Notes: generated by a model not told the origin, from the letters alone. A stretch of DNA of 64,000 bases from an uncultured Desulfosarcina sp. (GCA_963674945.2 CAXXWQ010000004.1:2080001-2144000); one strand, 5' to 3'. Positions 19,875-28,831 are shown, counted from the stretch's first letter. Translations and numbers: made by a program.

Positions 19875-22004
19875 ATGATCGGAAGACTGCTGCTGGGCCT
19901 GTTTTTGATAGTGAGTGTATCATTTCCCGTTTCCGCCGACGCCACTGATAATAAAAAAGAGGAAGAGAAGGAGGATATTGGCAGCATTACTGTGGAGGAC
20001 GAAAGCGAGGCGCTGGCGTTGACCCATTCGCCCATGCCCGTCTCCATTATCGAGATGGAAAAATATCACGGCCGCGCAATCTCCCTCAACGAAGTACTCC
20101 AGCGGGTGGCCGGCGTGCAGATCCGGCAGCAAGGGGGATTGGGAAGCGCGTCCACCATTGCCATCCAAGGCTTGGAAGGCAAACGGGTGAAGGTTTTCAT
20201 CGACGGCAATCCGTTGAATGCGCCCGACGGAACTTTCGGGATCAACGATATCCCCATCCAGTTCATCGAGCGCATCGAGGTTTACAAAGGCGTCGTTCCG
20301 GCTCGGTTCGGCGGTGATGCCTTGGGCGGCGCCGTGAACGTTGTGATCAGGGAATTTACAGGCGATTATGCGGATCTGACATTCTCGGCGGGATCCTACG
20401 ATACCTATCGCGGCACTGCGGTATTGAAAAAAGATTTCATGGACCACAAGTATGAAGTAGGAGTCGGCGGCTTTTACAATTACGCGGCCAATGACTACCT
20501 GATGAATTCCCCGTACGTGGATGGCTTGGAGATCAAACGGGACCATGACGCCTTTCAGTCCATCCTTTATGCGTTTGCGGGATCAGCCAACGATGTCTGG
20601 TTCGATGAAGTCCACCTCGAATTGGTCCGCTATGAATCCCAAAAGGAGATACAGGGAATCAAAACGCCCATCTATGCCGCCGAATCCAACAGCGATCTCA
20701 ATGTTGTGGTGCTTTCCTTTGAAAAGGAACGGTTTTTTTCAGACCGGCTGGAATTTGAGTATGATTTTGTCTTTGCCGACCTCAATCTCAATCTGGTGGA
20801 CAAGGCCCAAACCTGTTACGACTGGAACGGCAACCCGAGACCCTGCCCCGGCGTCGGCGGCGAGATGGAAGGCATCCCCAACGACTCCGACGACCAACAG
20901 GCGGAACTCAGGCATGACCTGAACCTGAATTACAGCTTTTCTAAAGACTACGCCGTCAATTTTCACCTTAATTCCCAGCATTCGAAAAAAGAGCCGCAAG
21001 ACGAATTGGCCGGCGAGGCTCTTGGATACGATATCGGCGCTTTCCCGTCCGATAGCACAAACACCGTCCTGTCCCTGGGCCTCGAATCCTCCCATTTCTC
21101 AGAGGCGATGGCCAATGACATCGGCATAAAGTACTACCTCTATGACTATGAGGTGACATCCCAAGAGAGAGCATTGACGTCAGAACCCGTTCAGACGAAT
21201 AACGACGGCAACGAGTTCGGGTTCTACGAGGCCATCCGCTACGAGCCCATCGAAGGGCTTTTTCTCAAGGCCTCCTACGAGCATGCCTACCGGCTGCCGA
21301 ACAATGACGAGATTTTCGGCGACGGCGTCAACATCACATCTGCTCCGAACCTGAAACCCGAAGAGGCAGACAACTTCAATCTGGGCGTATTCTATGAAAA
21401 ATTCAATTTCTATCGCTTGCCCTGGCTCAAGGCGGAGGCCAACCTCTTCTATCGCTATATCGAAAACCTGATCAAGCTCGAACCGGGTGTCCATACCATG
21501 GGTTATGTCAACCTGGGAGAAGTCGAGGTGACAGGCTTCGAACTAGAGGTCCAGACGGACCTAACCGAGAACTGGTATGTCTACGCCAACTACACCAACC
21601 AATCCTTGGTGGACAAACAGGAAACCCTGGCCGGAACGAATGGAACCCCCAACCCAACCCATGATCATGATCTTCCCAACGTGCCCAATCAATACGCAAA
21701 CTTTGGCATCGAGTACAAGATTCTTGGTCTGTTCATGTATGATTCCCTGTTCAAGATTTTCTGGGAGAGCAACTGGGTGGACGAATATTACTACGGGTGG
21801 GAGTTGAGCCGGTATCAGAACCGCAAAATCGATGCCCAGTTTACCCACACCGCCGGTGTGGAATACTCGTTCATGGACGATATGTGGATCCTCGGCTTCG
21901 AGGTGCGCAACCTGACGGACGAAGAGGTGGTCGATGTCTTCAACTATCCGCTTCCAGGAATCCAATACCGTTTCAACCTCAGATACGTATGGAACCAGTT
22001 GTAA
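19875..22004 (+). CDS. TonB-dependent outer-membrane receptor
   Basis: Plug motif GVQIRQQGGLGS...IERIEVYKG...GGDALGGAVNV; LKPE; C-terminal YPLPG..YRFNLRY. Confidence 0.93.
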   Translation: MIGRLLLGLFLIVSVSFPVSADATDNKKEEEKEDIGSITVEDESEALALTHSPMPVSIIEMEKYHGRAISLNEVLQRVAGVQIRQQGGLGSASTIAIQGLEGKRVKVFIDGNPLNAPDGTFGINDIPIQFIERIEVYKGVVPARFGGDALGGAVNVVIREFTGDYADLTFSAGSYDTYRGTAVLKKDFMDHKYEVGVGGFYNYAANDYLMNSPYVDGLEIKRDHDAFQSILYAFAGSANDVWFDEVHLELVRYESQKEIQGIKTPIYAAESNSDLNVVVLSFEKERFFSDRLEFEYDFVFADLNLNLVDKAQTCYDWNGNPRPCPGVGGEMEGIPNDSDDQQAELRHDLNLNYSFSKDYAVNFHLNSQHSKKEPQDELAGEALGYDIGAFPSDSTNTVLSLGLESSHFSEAMANDIGIKYYLYDYEVTSQERALTSEPVQTNNDGNEFGFYEAIRYEPIEGLFLKASYEHAYRLPNNDEIFGDGVNITSAPNLKPEEADNFNLGVFYEKFNFYRLPWLKAEANLFYRYIENLIKLEPGVHTMGYVNLGEVEVTGFELEVQTDLTENWYVYANYTNQSLVDKQETLAGTNGTPNPTHDHDLPNVPNQYANFGIEYKILGLFMYDSLFKIFWESNWVDEYYYGWELSRYQNRKIDAQFTHTAGVEYSFMDDMWILGFEVRNLTDEEVVDVFNYPLPGIQYRFNLRYVWNQL

Positions 22005-22015
22005 AAAAGGAGAAG

Positions 22016-23239
22016 ATGATGCGAAAATCACCGAAAATGATAATGATTGCCTTTGTTCTGCTGACATTGATGATCGGCTGCGGCGACAGCGATGACGACA
22101 GCAGTTCAGCGGGACCGTCCGGCTCCGAACGGAATCCGGACCTGGCCGTGATGGTACGAATCGACGACACCACCGGCTTCATCACCACGATCGACGGACA
22201 AAGCGACACCCACGTCACTAACGCCGACAGCGTCGAAGTCGATCCGGGGTCCGGAATATTTGCTTATGGCGGATACGTCTACCGCACAGGCTCCATGGCC
22301 GACGACAAGATCGCCAAATACGAAGTCAACGCCGACGGCAGCCTCACGAAGATCGCCGAAACCACGGTTTACCAGAGCGGCAATTCCATCCCTACCAGCT
22401 TCATCTTCGTCGACGATACCAAGGCCTACCTTCCCCTGGCCGGAATCGGAGAACTTTTAATCATCGATCCCGGGGATCTGAGCGTTACGAAACGCATCGA
22501 CCTGTCCGCCTATGCCATGGATGCCGACGGTGAATTCGGTGGTGACGACACCAACCCGGAACCGTCCGACGGCGTGATCCGGAACGGCAAACTCTATCTG
22601 GCACTCGCCCAACTTGACAGTTTTGCCACCTATTCTTCCCGCGGCAAGGCCAGCCTGCTGATCATCGATGCGGCCACAGACGAAATCCTCAAGCATATCA
22701 GCGATGACCGCACCAGCACGTCCGGTGTACTCTCCCCCAACAACGGCCTGACCCTGGATGAAAACGGCGACATCTACGTCAATAACCCGGCATCTTTCGG
22801 CTATTATCCGGGCTTGACGGCTGGCATTTTGCGAATCAAAAACGGTGAAGACGATTTCGATCCCGACTACTTCTTTTCCCTCACCGACCTGACCGGTCTT
22901 GACGTTCCCGGCGGTGTCGTCAGTTATGCCTACAACAGCGCTTATCTTAGCGACGGCGCGTTGTATACAACCCTTTTTGTTCCGGGGCTGACCAGCAACC
23001 CGCCAGACTACGTTAACGACAAGAACTATGTCCCATATATGCTGGACCTGTGGAACCAAACCGTCACGAAACTGGACATGCCGGCCACCAATGGCTGGGG
23101 CTCCCACATGATTAAATACAATGGGGAAATCGTCTACGCCATGTCCACAGATTGCGGGCCGGGGCTCTATTACGCCGGTGAGAACGAAGCCTTCGTCACC
23201 GTGGAGGGCAATCCGTTCATGATCGCGAACCTCCAATAG
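22016..23239 (+). CDS. Lipoprotein, DUF4374-like beta-propeller
   Basis: AAGGAG RBS; lipobox LMIG-C followed by DSDDD; DENGDIY and GILRIKNGEDDFDPDYFF motifs. Confidence 0.75.
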   Translation: MMRKSPKMIMIAFVLLTLMIGCGDSDDDSSSAGPSGSERNPDLAVMVRIDDTTGFITTIDGQSDTHVTNADSVEVDPGSGIFAYGGYVYRTGSMADDKIAKYEVNADGSLTKIAETTVYQSGNSIPTSFIFVDDTKAYLPLAGIGELLIIDPGDLSVTKRIDLSAYAMDADGEFGGDDTNPEPSDGVIRNGKLYLALAQLDSFATYSSRGKASLLIIDAATDEILKHISDDRTSTSGVLSPNNGLTLDENGDIYVNNPASFGYYPGLTAGILRIKNGEDDFDPDYFFSLTDLTGLDVPGGVVSYAYNSAYLSDGALYTTLFVPGLTSNPPDYVNDKNYVPYMLDLWNQTVTKLDMPATNGWGSHMIKYNGEIVYAMSTDCGPGLYYAGENEAFVTVEGNPFMIANLQ

Positions 23240-23264
23240 AGGAAACAATCGAAAGGAAAGCGAC

Positions 23265-24020
23265 ATGTTTCGGCGAATCGTGGTTCTGACAGCGCTGATG
23301 ACGTTCTCGGCATCTGTCCTATGGGCAGCTGATGCGTTGGATAAAAGCAGACAAATCATCACCCAAACCAACAAGAATCTGCAATCGTCGCAAAAGCGAA
23401 TCGACCAAGCGGACGATGAAATCATGCGCATGCTCGGCGAGTATAAGGCGGCACAGAAGGAGATTGACAATTATCTCGTTTATAACGGACAATTGAAAGA
23501 GATCGTCGATTCTCAGATGGAGGAAATGCGACTGCTCGAAGGCGATATCGACAAGATCGAGGCCACCGGTCTTCAGATCATGCCCTTCATGCAGAAGATG
23601 ATCGACGGGCTGGCCCGGTTCATCACGTCCGACTACCCCTTCCTGCCTGCGGAGCGTAAGGAACGGATCGAACGGCTGAATGCCAATATGAAGCGGGCGG
23701 ATCTGAGCATCGCCGCCAAGTACCGGCAGATTCTGGAAGCCTACCAGATCGAGATCGATTACGGCAATACACTGGAAGCCTACGAAGGGAATCTGGAGGA
23801 CAGGAAGGTCAACTTTTTGAAGATCGGCCGGATCGGCTTGTACTACCTGCGCCTTGACAAAGAGAAATGTGGGGCCTGGGATCCGGTGAAGAAACAGTGG
23901 CAGGAACTTAACGATATCGATTATACTGTTTCCATCGACAAGGCCATTCGGATCGCCAAGAAACAACGATCCCCTGATCTGTTTTTTGCAGCCGTGGCAT
24001 CGGCAAAGGAGAGAAAATGA
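23265..24020 (+). CDS. DUF3450 / TtpB-like protein
   Basis: PFLPAERKERI, YRQILEAYQIEIDYG, LKIGRIGLYY. Confidence 0.88.
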   Translation: MFRRIVVLTALMTFSASVLWAADALDKSRQIITQTNKNLQSSQKRIDQADDEIMRMLGEYKAAQKEIDNYLVYNGQLKEIVDSQMEEMRLLEGDIDKIEATGLQIMPFMQKMIDGLARFITSDYPFLPAERKERIERLNANMKRADLSIAAKYRQILEAYQIEIDYGNTLEAYEGNLEDRKVNFLKIGRIGLYYLRLDKEKCGAWDPVKKQWQELNDIDYTVSIDKAIRIAKKQRSPDLFFAAVASAKERK

Positions 24021-25342
24021 GAATCGCAATGATGGCTTTTTTCTTCGCTTTATTGCTTGCCGTTACCGGACATGCCGGCGACTTCGATGCCCTTCTCGAA
24101 GAGATCAAATCCCAGACATCCCTGGAACTCAAAGAGAACCGGGCAAGGGAACAAACGTTTCTGGAGGCAAAAAGGGACAAGGCCATACTATTGGCGGAGA
24201 CCAAGGCCGAATTGAAACGTCAGGCGGACGAAAGCGAATCCTTATCCGCCCAAATCGATGAGAATGAAAAGAAACTCACCGAACTAGAAGAGGGCCTGCA
24301 CCGGAAGATGGGCGATCTGGGGGAATTGTATGGCGTGATTCGCCAATTTTCCGGAGAACTCGGCGCGGATTTCGATCACTCCATGATTTCCGTCCACTAT
24401 CCGGAAAGATCACAATATCTGAATCGACTCGCCGAGCGCAAGGAACTGCCCGACATAGATTCTTTGAATCGCATGTGGCTTTCGATGCTGGAAGAGTTGA
24501 ACGAATCCCGCAACGTCTCCCGGTTTACCGCACCCGTCGTTCAGGCGGACGGTTCTGCCAAAAATCAGGAGGTGACCCGCATTGGTACATACGGCGCCGT
24601 TTCGGAAGGCAAGTTTTTGACATACTCCGCTGAAGGAAACGTTTTTGCGACCGCACTGAAGCAGCCGGCAAAGCGTTTTCTGGCTACCGCGGACAACTTT
24701 GAGACGCCGGGCGACGACCTGGTAAAAGTGATGATCGACCCCACGCGAGGGCAGCTACTCAGCCTGTTGACCCAAAAGCCGAACCTGAGAGAGCGAATTC
24801 GCCAGGGAGGAATCATCGGGTATATCATCCTGTCGCTGGGGGCGATCGGTCTTTTGCTATGTTTCGTCCGTTACGGCTATCTCACCTTCGTCCTTACCCG
24901 GATTCGAAAACAGGCGCGTAATCTTGACAACCTGCGGACGGACAATCCGTTGGGGCGGATCGCGCTGGTTTACCGGGAGATTCGCAACAAACCCAGGGAG
25001 CAGCGGGAAGTGATCTGGGAGGAGGCCATCCTTAGAGAGATCCCCCGGGTGGAACGCTACAACACCTTCATCAAGTTGCTTGCGGCCATTTCACCGCTTT
25101 TGGGCCTTTTGGGAACGGTGACCGGTATGATCATCACTTTCCAGTCCATTACGCTTTTCGGAACCAGCGACCCCAAGCTCATGGCAGGGGGCATTTCAAC
25201 CGCCCTGATCACGACGGTTCTCGGGCTTTCCGTCGCCATACCGCTGTTGTTCGCCTATACCTTTATCGCGGCAAAATCCAAGGGCATCGTGGACGTAATC
25301 GAGCATCAGAGCATCGGTCTCATTGCCAAGGCGACCAGATGA
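24017..25342 (+). CDS. Large MotA/TolQ/ExbB protein (TtpC-like)
   Basis: Periplasmic coiled coil; DPTRG; PLLGLLGTVTGMIITFQSITLFG; MAGGIS. Confidence 0.9.
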   Translation: MRIAMMAFFFALLLAVTGHAGDFDALLEEIKSQTSLELKENRAREQTFLEAKRDKAILLAETKAELKRQADESESLSAQIDENEKKLTELEEGLHRKMGDLGELYGVIRQFSGELGADFDHSMISVHYPERSQYLNRLAERKELPDIDSLNRMWLSMLEELNESRNVSRFTAPVVQADGSAKNQEVTRIGTYGAVSEGKFLTYSAEGNVFATALKQPAKRFLATADNFETPGDDLVKVMIDPTRGQLLSLLTQKPNLRERIRQGGIIGYIILSLGAIGLLLCFVRYGYLTFVLTRIRKQARNLDNLRTDNPLGRIALVYREIRNKPREQREVIWEEAILREIPRVERYNTFIKLLAAISPLLGLLGTVTGMIITFQSITLFGTSDPKLMAGGISTALITTVLGLSVAIPLLFAYTFIAAKSKGIVDVIEHQSIGLIAKATR

Positions 25343-25854
25343 GCCCGGTACAGGCCCTATACGCGGTAAACGATTTTCTCGACCAGGGCGGGACGGCGCT
25401 GTATGTGATTTTTCTCATGGCCGTCGTTCTCTGGGTACTGATCATCGAACGCGTGCTGTTTCTCAGATTTTTTTCCCGAAAAGAGGAATCACGACTGCTC
25501 GCCCAATGGAAATCCTATCGGGTACACACAGATTCCGGCAGGATAAGACAATGTCTGCAGGTAGAATTGAAAGAGAGGCTGACGAACGGTTTTGAATTCA
25601 TCAAGGTGCTGATCGCCATCGCCCCTCTGCTCGGTCTGTATGGAACGGTGTATGGGATGATCGAGATCTTCGACGTCATCGCCCAAAGTGGTACCGGCGA
25701 CGCCCGTGCCATGGCCAACGGGATCTCCATGGCCACGCTGTCCACCATGTCGGGAATGGCCGTGGCCATCACAGGGCTTATTTTCAGCCACAAACTCGAA
25801 ACCATGGTCCACCGCAAAACCGGAATGTTCAACGAAAAGTTAGACAGTTTGTAA
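25339..25854 (+). CDS. exbB: ExbB proton channel
   Basis: APLLGLYGTVYGMIEIF, MANGISMATLST. Confidence 0.88.
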   Translation: MSPVQALYAVNDFLDQGGTALYVIFLMAVVLWVLIIERVLFLRFFSRKEESRLLAQWKSYRVHTDSGRIRQCLQVELKERLTNGFEFIKVLIAIAPLLGLYGTVYGMIEIFDVIAQSGTGDARAMANGISMATLSTMSGMAVAITGLIFSHKLETMVHRKTGMFNEKLDSL

Positions 25855-26051
25855 CATCAACGCCTTTTCCATTATTCTCGTATGAAACTACGCCAAAATG
25901 GCATAGTTACAGTTGTCGTTCAAACCGGCCAAAGGTCGGCGGCGGCTCTGAATTCTGGATTCTGTTTCCTGAATTCTTTTCACAACATCCCGGTGGAACC
26001 GTTTTATCCAAGGTCCTGAAAAAAGGACCGGATTTTCAGGAAAGCATTGTA

Positions 26052-26459
26052 ATGAGACGCATAAGAAGAGAGAGCGAAGAGCAAACCATCGATCTGACCC
26101 CCATGCTGGATGTGGTGTTCATCATGCTGATCTTTTTCATCGTCACCACCTCTTTTGTGAAAGAGACCGGCATCGACATCAACCGCCCGAGTGCGGCGAC
26201 GGCCGAAAAGAAGTCCAAAGGCAATATCCTTATCGCCATCACGCAAAATGGTGAGATCTGGTTGGATAAGCGCCAGATCGATATCCGGGCAGTACGGGCC
26301 AATATCCAGCGGTTCAAGGCAAAATTTCCCCAAAGTTCCGTGATCATTCAATCCGACACCGAATCGAAAACCGGTATTTTGGTGCGCGTGATGGACCAGA
26401 TCAGACTGGCCGGTGTGCAGAACATCTCCATTGCCGCATCGGTGGACAAAAACGGATGA
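26052..26459 (+). CDS. exbD: ExbD
   Basis: IDLTPMLDVVFIMLIFFIVT; VMDQIRLAG. Confidence 0.93.
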   Translation: MRRIRRESEEQTIDLTPMLDVVFIMLIFFIVTTSFVKETGIDINRPSAATAEKKSKGNILIAITQNGEIWLDKRQIDIRAVRANIQRFKAKFPQSSVIIQSDTESKTGILVRVMDQIRLAGVQNISIAASVDKNG

Positions 26460-27250
26460 CACGCATCGCTCTTAGGGTTCGCACAAAAATAAGTTTGCAG
26501 AATTGGTTGTTGAAGCGCCCGCCCGACAAGGCGCGAAAACGTAAGGCATATTTGGGATATTCCGACGTTTTCGCAACGCCGTCGGGCGGGATGAATCGGC
26601 GACCAAAATGTGAACTTATTTTTGCGCGAGCCCTTAGCATCGTACCCGCCGTGGCGGTCGTTTTCGGCCTGTTTTGGATTCTGCAGGGGATGATCCATGT
26701 GGCCGTCGCGCCGCCCACCGTCCGGGAGAAGCTGCACCCGGTGGATTTCGTCCGGCTGAAAAAGGAGCGGCCCTTGATCAAGAAGGAGCGGGTCAAACCC
26801 AAAAAGCCGAAACCCCAAAAAGAGATGCACAAGCCCAAAATCGATATTAAGAAAGAGGTCAAGGTGGAAAAACAGCCTCCGATGCATGCCGATATGGACT
26901 TGGATCTGTCCATCGATCTTTCTGCGGTCAGCGCCCTGGGCGATGCCTATGTGTCCGGATTCGGTAAGCAAGAGATCAACACCAACGTGCTGCCCCTGTC
27001 GACGATCCAGCCCATCTACCCAAAACGGGCCAAGATGATGAAGAAAGAAGGCTATGTGAAGCTGGAATTCACCATCACGCCATTCGGTACGGTCAAAGAT
27101 GTGGAAATCGTTGCGTCGCATCCGGCCAGGCTATTCGACAATTCGGCCAAAAACGCCCTTTTAAAGTGGAAGTTCAAACCCAAGGTCGTGGCCGACCAGG
27201 CCGTGGAACAACGGGCGATGATTCAAATCGATTACCGGTTGAACTCATGA
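26456..27250 (+). CDS. tonB: TonB energy transducer carrying a 54-aa in-frame insertion near the N-terminus
   Basis: ATGA overlap with exbD; TM anchor; KP-rich linker; PIYPKRA...EGYV...WKFKP. Confidence 0.88.
   Translation: MTRIALRVRTKISLQNWLLKRPPDKARKRKAYLGYSDVFATPSGGMNRRPKCELIFARALSIVPAVAVVFGLFWILQGMIHVAVAPPTVREKLHPVDFVRLKKERPLIKKERVKPKKPKPQKEMHKPKIDIKKEVKVEKQPPMHADMDLDLSIDLSAVSALGDAYVSGFGKQEINTNVLPLSTIQPIYPKRAKMMKKEGYVKLEFTITPFGTVKDVEIVASHPARLFDNSAKNALLKWKFKPKVVADQAVEQRAMIQIDYRLNS
26475..26633. mobile_element. MITE (159 bp) inside tonB, flanked by a TTA duplication
   Basis: Inverted repeats 26474-95 and 26613-34 match at 20 of 22 positions; TTA at 26472-74 and 26634-36; long internal hairpin. 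Confidence 0.8.
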
Positions 27251-28461
27251 GAAAAAAAACTCTTTTGACCATCGCCGGCATATTGTTCGTTGCCGCGCAG
27301 GCAGCGGCAGAATGCAGCATGTCCATGCCAACCTATCGGCGCCTTTCGGCCATCGAGGATCTCATGGCCGAAAACGAATTCGACCAGGCCGAAGCAAAAC
27401 TCAACGAGATGCTGGATCATCTGCCCGGCCGCAAGGAGGACTGCGCCTACATCTACTACACGACGGCCATGTTGTATCTGCAGAAAAACGACTATCCCAA
27501 GGCCAGATCCTATTTCGAATCCGCCTATGGTCTGCAACGTTTTCCGCAAAAGACCCTTTTATACGTCGAAAAGACGCTGGCGGGACTTTACATGCAGGAA
27601 GAGAATTTCGAATCCGCTATCCGCTATTATGAAGCCCATATGCAACACGCACCCGAGCCGGACAAGGATATCTATCTCGGGCTGGGAACCGCACATTACT
27701 ACCGAAAGGCGTATGCAAAGGCCATCGACCTTTTCAAAAAGGCCAACGCGCTTTTCGAACCGTCCCCCTCCCCCTTTTTGATGCTCTTTTCCTCCTACTA
27801 CGAATTACAGCGTCTCGACGAAGCGGCCCGGACCCTCGAACAGATGATACGCCTCTGGCCCGACGAACCGCGGTATTGGCTGCAATTGGCCACCCTTTAT
27901 ATCGAACGGGGGTCCTATGATCGCTCCCTGGAAATCATGCAGGCGGCATGGACCAGGGAATTTTTAACCAAAGAGACGGACATCATGCAGTATGTGTATG
28001 CCTTGTACGAAGAACATCTGCCCTACAAAGCCGCAACGATCCTCCAACGGGCCATCGATTTGCGTTTCCTTGAAGAGAACCGGAAGAACTATGAGATGCT
28101 GGCCACCATGTTCCATGAGGCCAAGGAGCGCGAAAGCGCCATCCAGGGATGGGAAAAGGCCGCCGACTATTCGACGGATGGAAAAAACGACCTGTGCATC
28201 GCCCAATTGTGTTTTGAAATGGAAGACGCCTACGACCGTGTCATCCGATACGCAAATCGCGCGCTGGCCAAGGGCATCAACAAGCCCGGCAGTGCCCACA
28301 TGCTGATCGCGGTTGCCTGCAATGAGTTGGGACAAACGGATACGGCCAAAAAACATATCATGGAAGCCGGCCGCTACAAGGAGACAAGCAAAACATCCTC
28401 GCAATGGCTAAAGCGTCTGGACGATGAAAGTTCTCTGTTGGATTACGCCGGGAACCAGTGA
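27247..28461 (+). CDS. TPR protein (TtpD-like)
   Basis: ATGA overlap with tonB; signal peptide; several TPR-like helices; YWLQLATLY. Confidence 0.85.
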   Translation: MRKKTLLTIAGILFVAAQAAAECSMSMPTYRRLSAIEDLMAENEFDQAEAKLNEMLDHLPGRKEDCAYIYYTTAMLYLQKNDYPKARSYFESAYGLQRFPQKTLLYVEKTLAGLYMQEENFESAIRYYEAHMQHAPEPDKDIYLGLGTAHYYRKAYAKAIDLFKKANALFEPSPSPFLMLFSSYYELQRLDEAARTLEQMIRLWPDEPRYWLQLATLYIERGSYDRSLEIMQAAWTREFLTKETDIMQYVYALYEEHLPYKAATILQRAIDLRFLEENRKNYEMLATMFHEAKERESAIQGWEKAADYSTDGKNDLCIAQLCFEMEDAYDRVIRYANRALAKGINKPGSAHMLIAVACNELGQTDTAKKHIMEAGRYKETSKTSSQWLKRLDDESSLLDYAGNQ

Positions 28462-28747
28462 CGGACAAATAAAAATCCAAGCAGCTACCGGGATACCAAG
28501 CGACGCGGCCTGGTGTTTCGGGAGGACGCTCCGTTTGAAGAGATGGGAACCCATTATGCATAACCTCTTTCTGTTGAGAGGATAATGACTGAAAAATGAT
28601 GCATACCGCCACCCTGGTATTTCAGATTCGCGATCCGCGAAAGACACCCGAAGCTGGATCCAAATAAAAAAGCTTGACTATACACAGATGATATGAAAGT
28701 TAGGTATATAATTTTTAGTTAGGGTATTCTATTTGTCTAAGAATTGC

Positions 28748-28831
28748 CTTACGGCCTGTGATCGATTGTCGGTGCACAGGAAGTGAAGGCGCAAGAGTAC
28801 GTGCAACGCATGTACGACTTGTGCCTTTTTT
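28748..28831 (+). ncRNA. Candidate leader/attenuator, copy 6 (LbtU-like porin)
   Basis: CTTACG 28748-53; cctgtg/cacagg stem; AGTGAAGGCG 28782-91; aaggcgcaag/cttgtgcctt plus T-tract; TTGACT at 28674. Confidence 0.82.

Noticed and set aside
21797..22015. N-terminal extension of the lipoprotein ORF in the supplied track
   Set aside because: It overlaps the receptor gene; the RBS and signal peptide point to a start at 22016.
1537..28831. The six CTTACG/AGTGAAGGCG elements as REP/MITE copies or plain terminators of upstream genes
   Set aside because: All are sense-oriented before functionally related genes, five lie downstream of a TTGAC hexamer, they lack terminal inverted repeats, and only the core and the structure are conserved.
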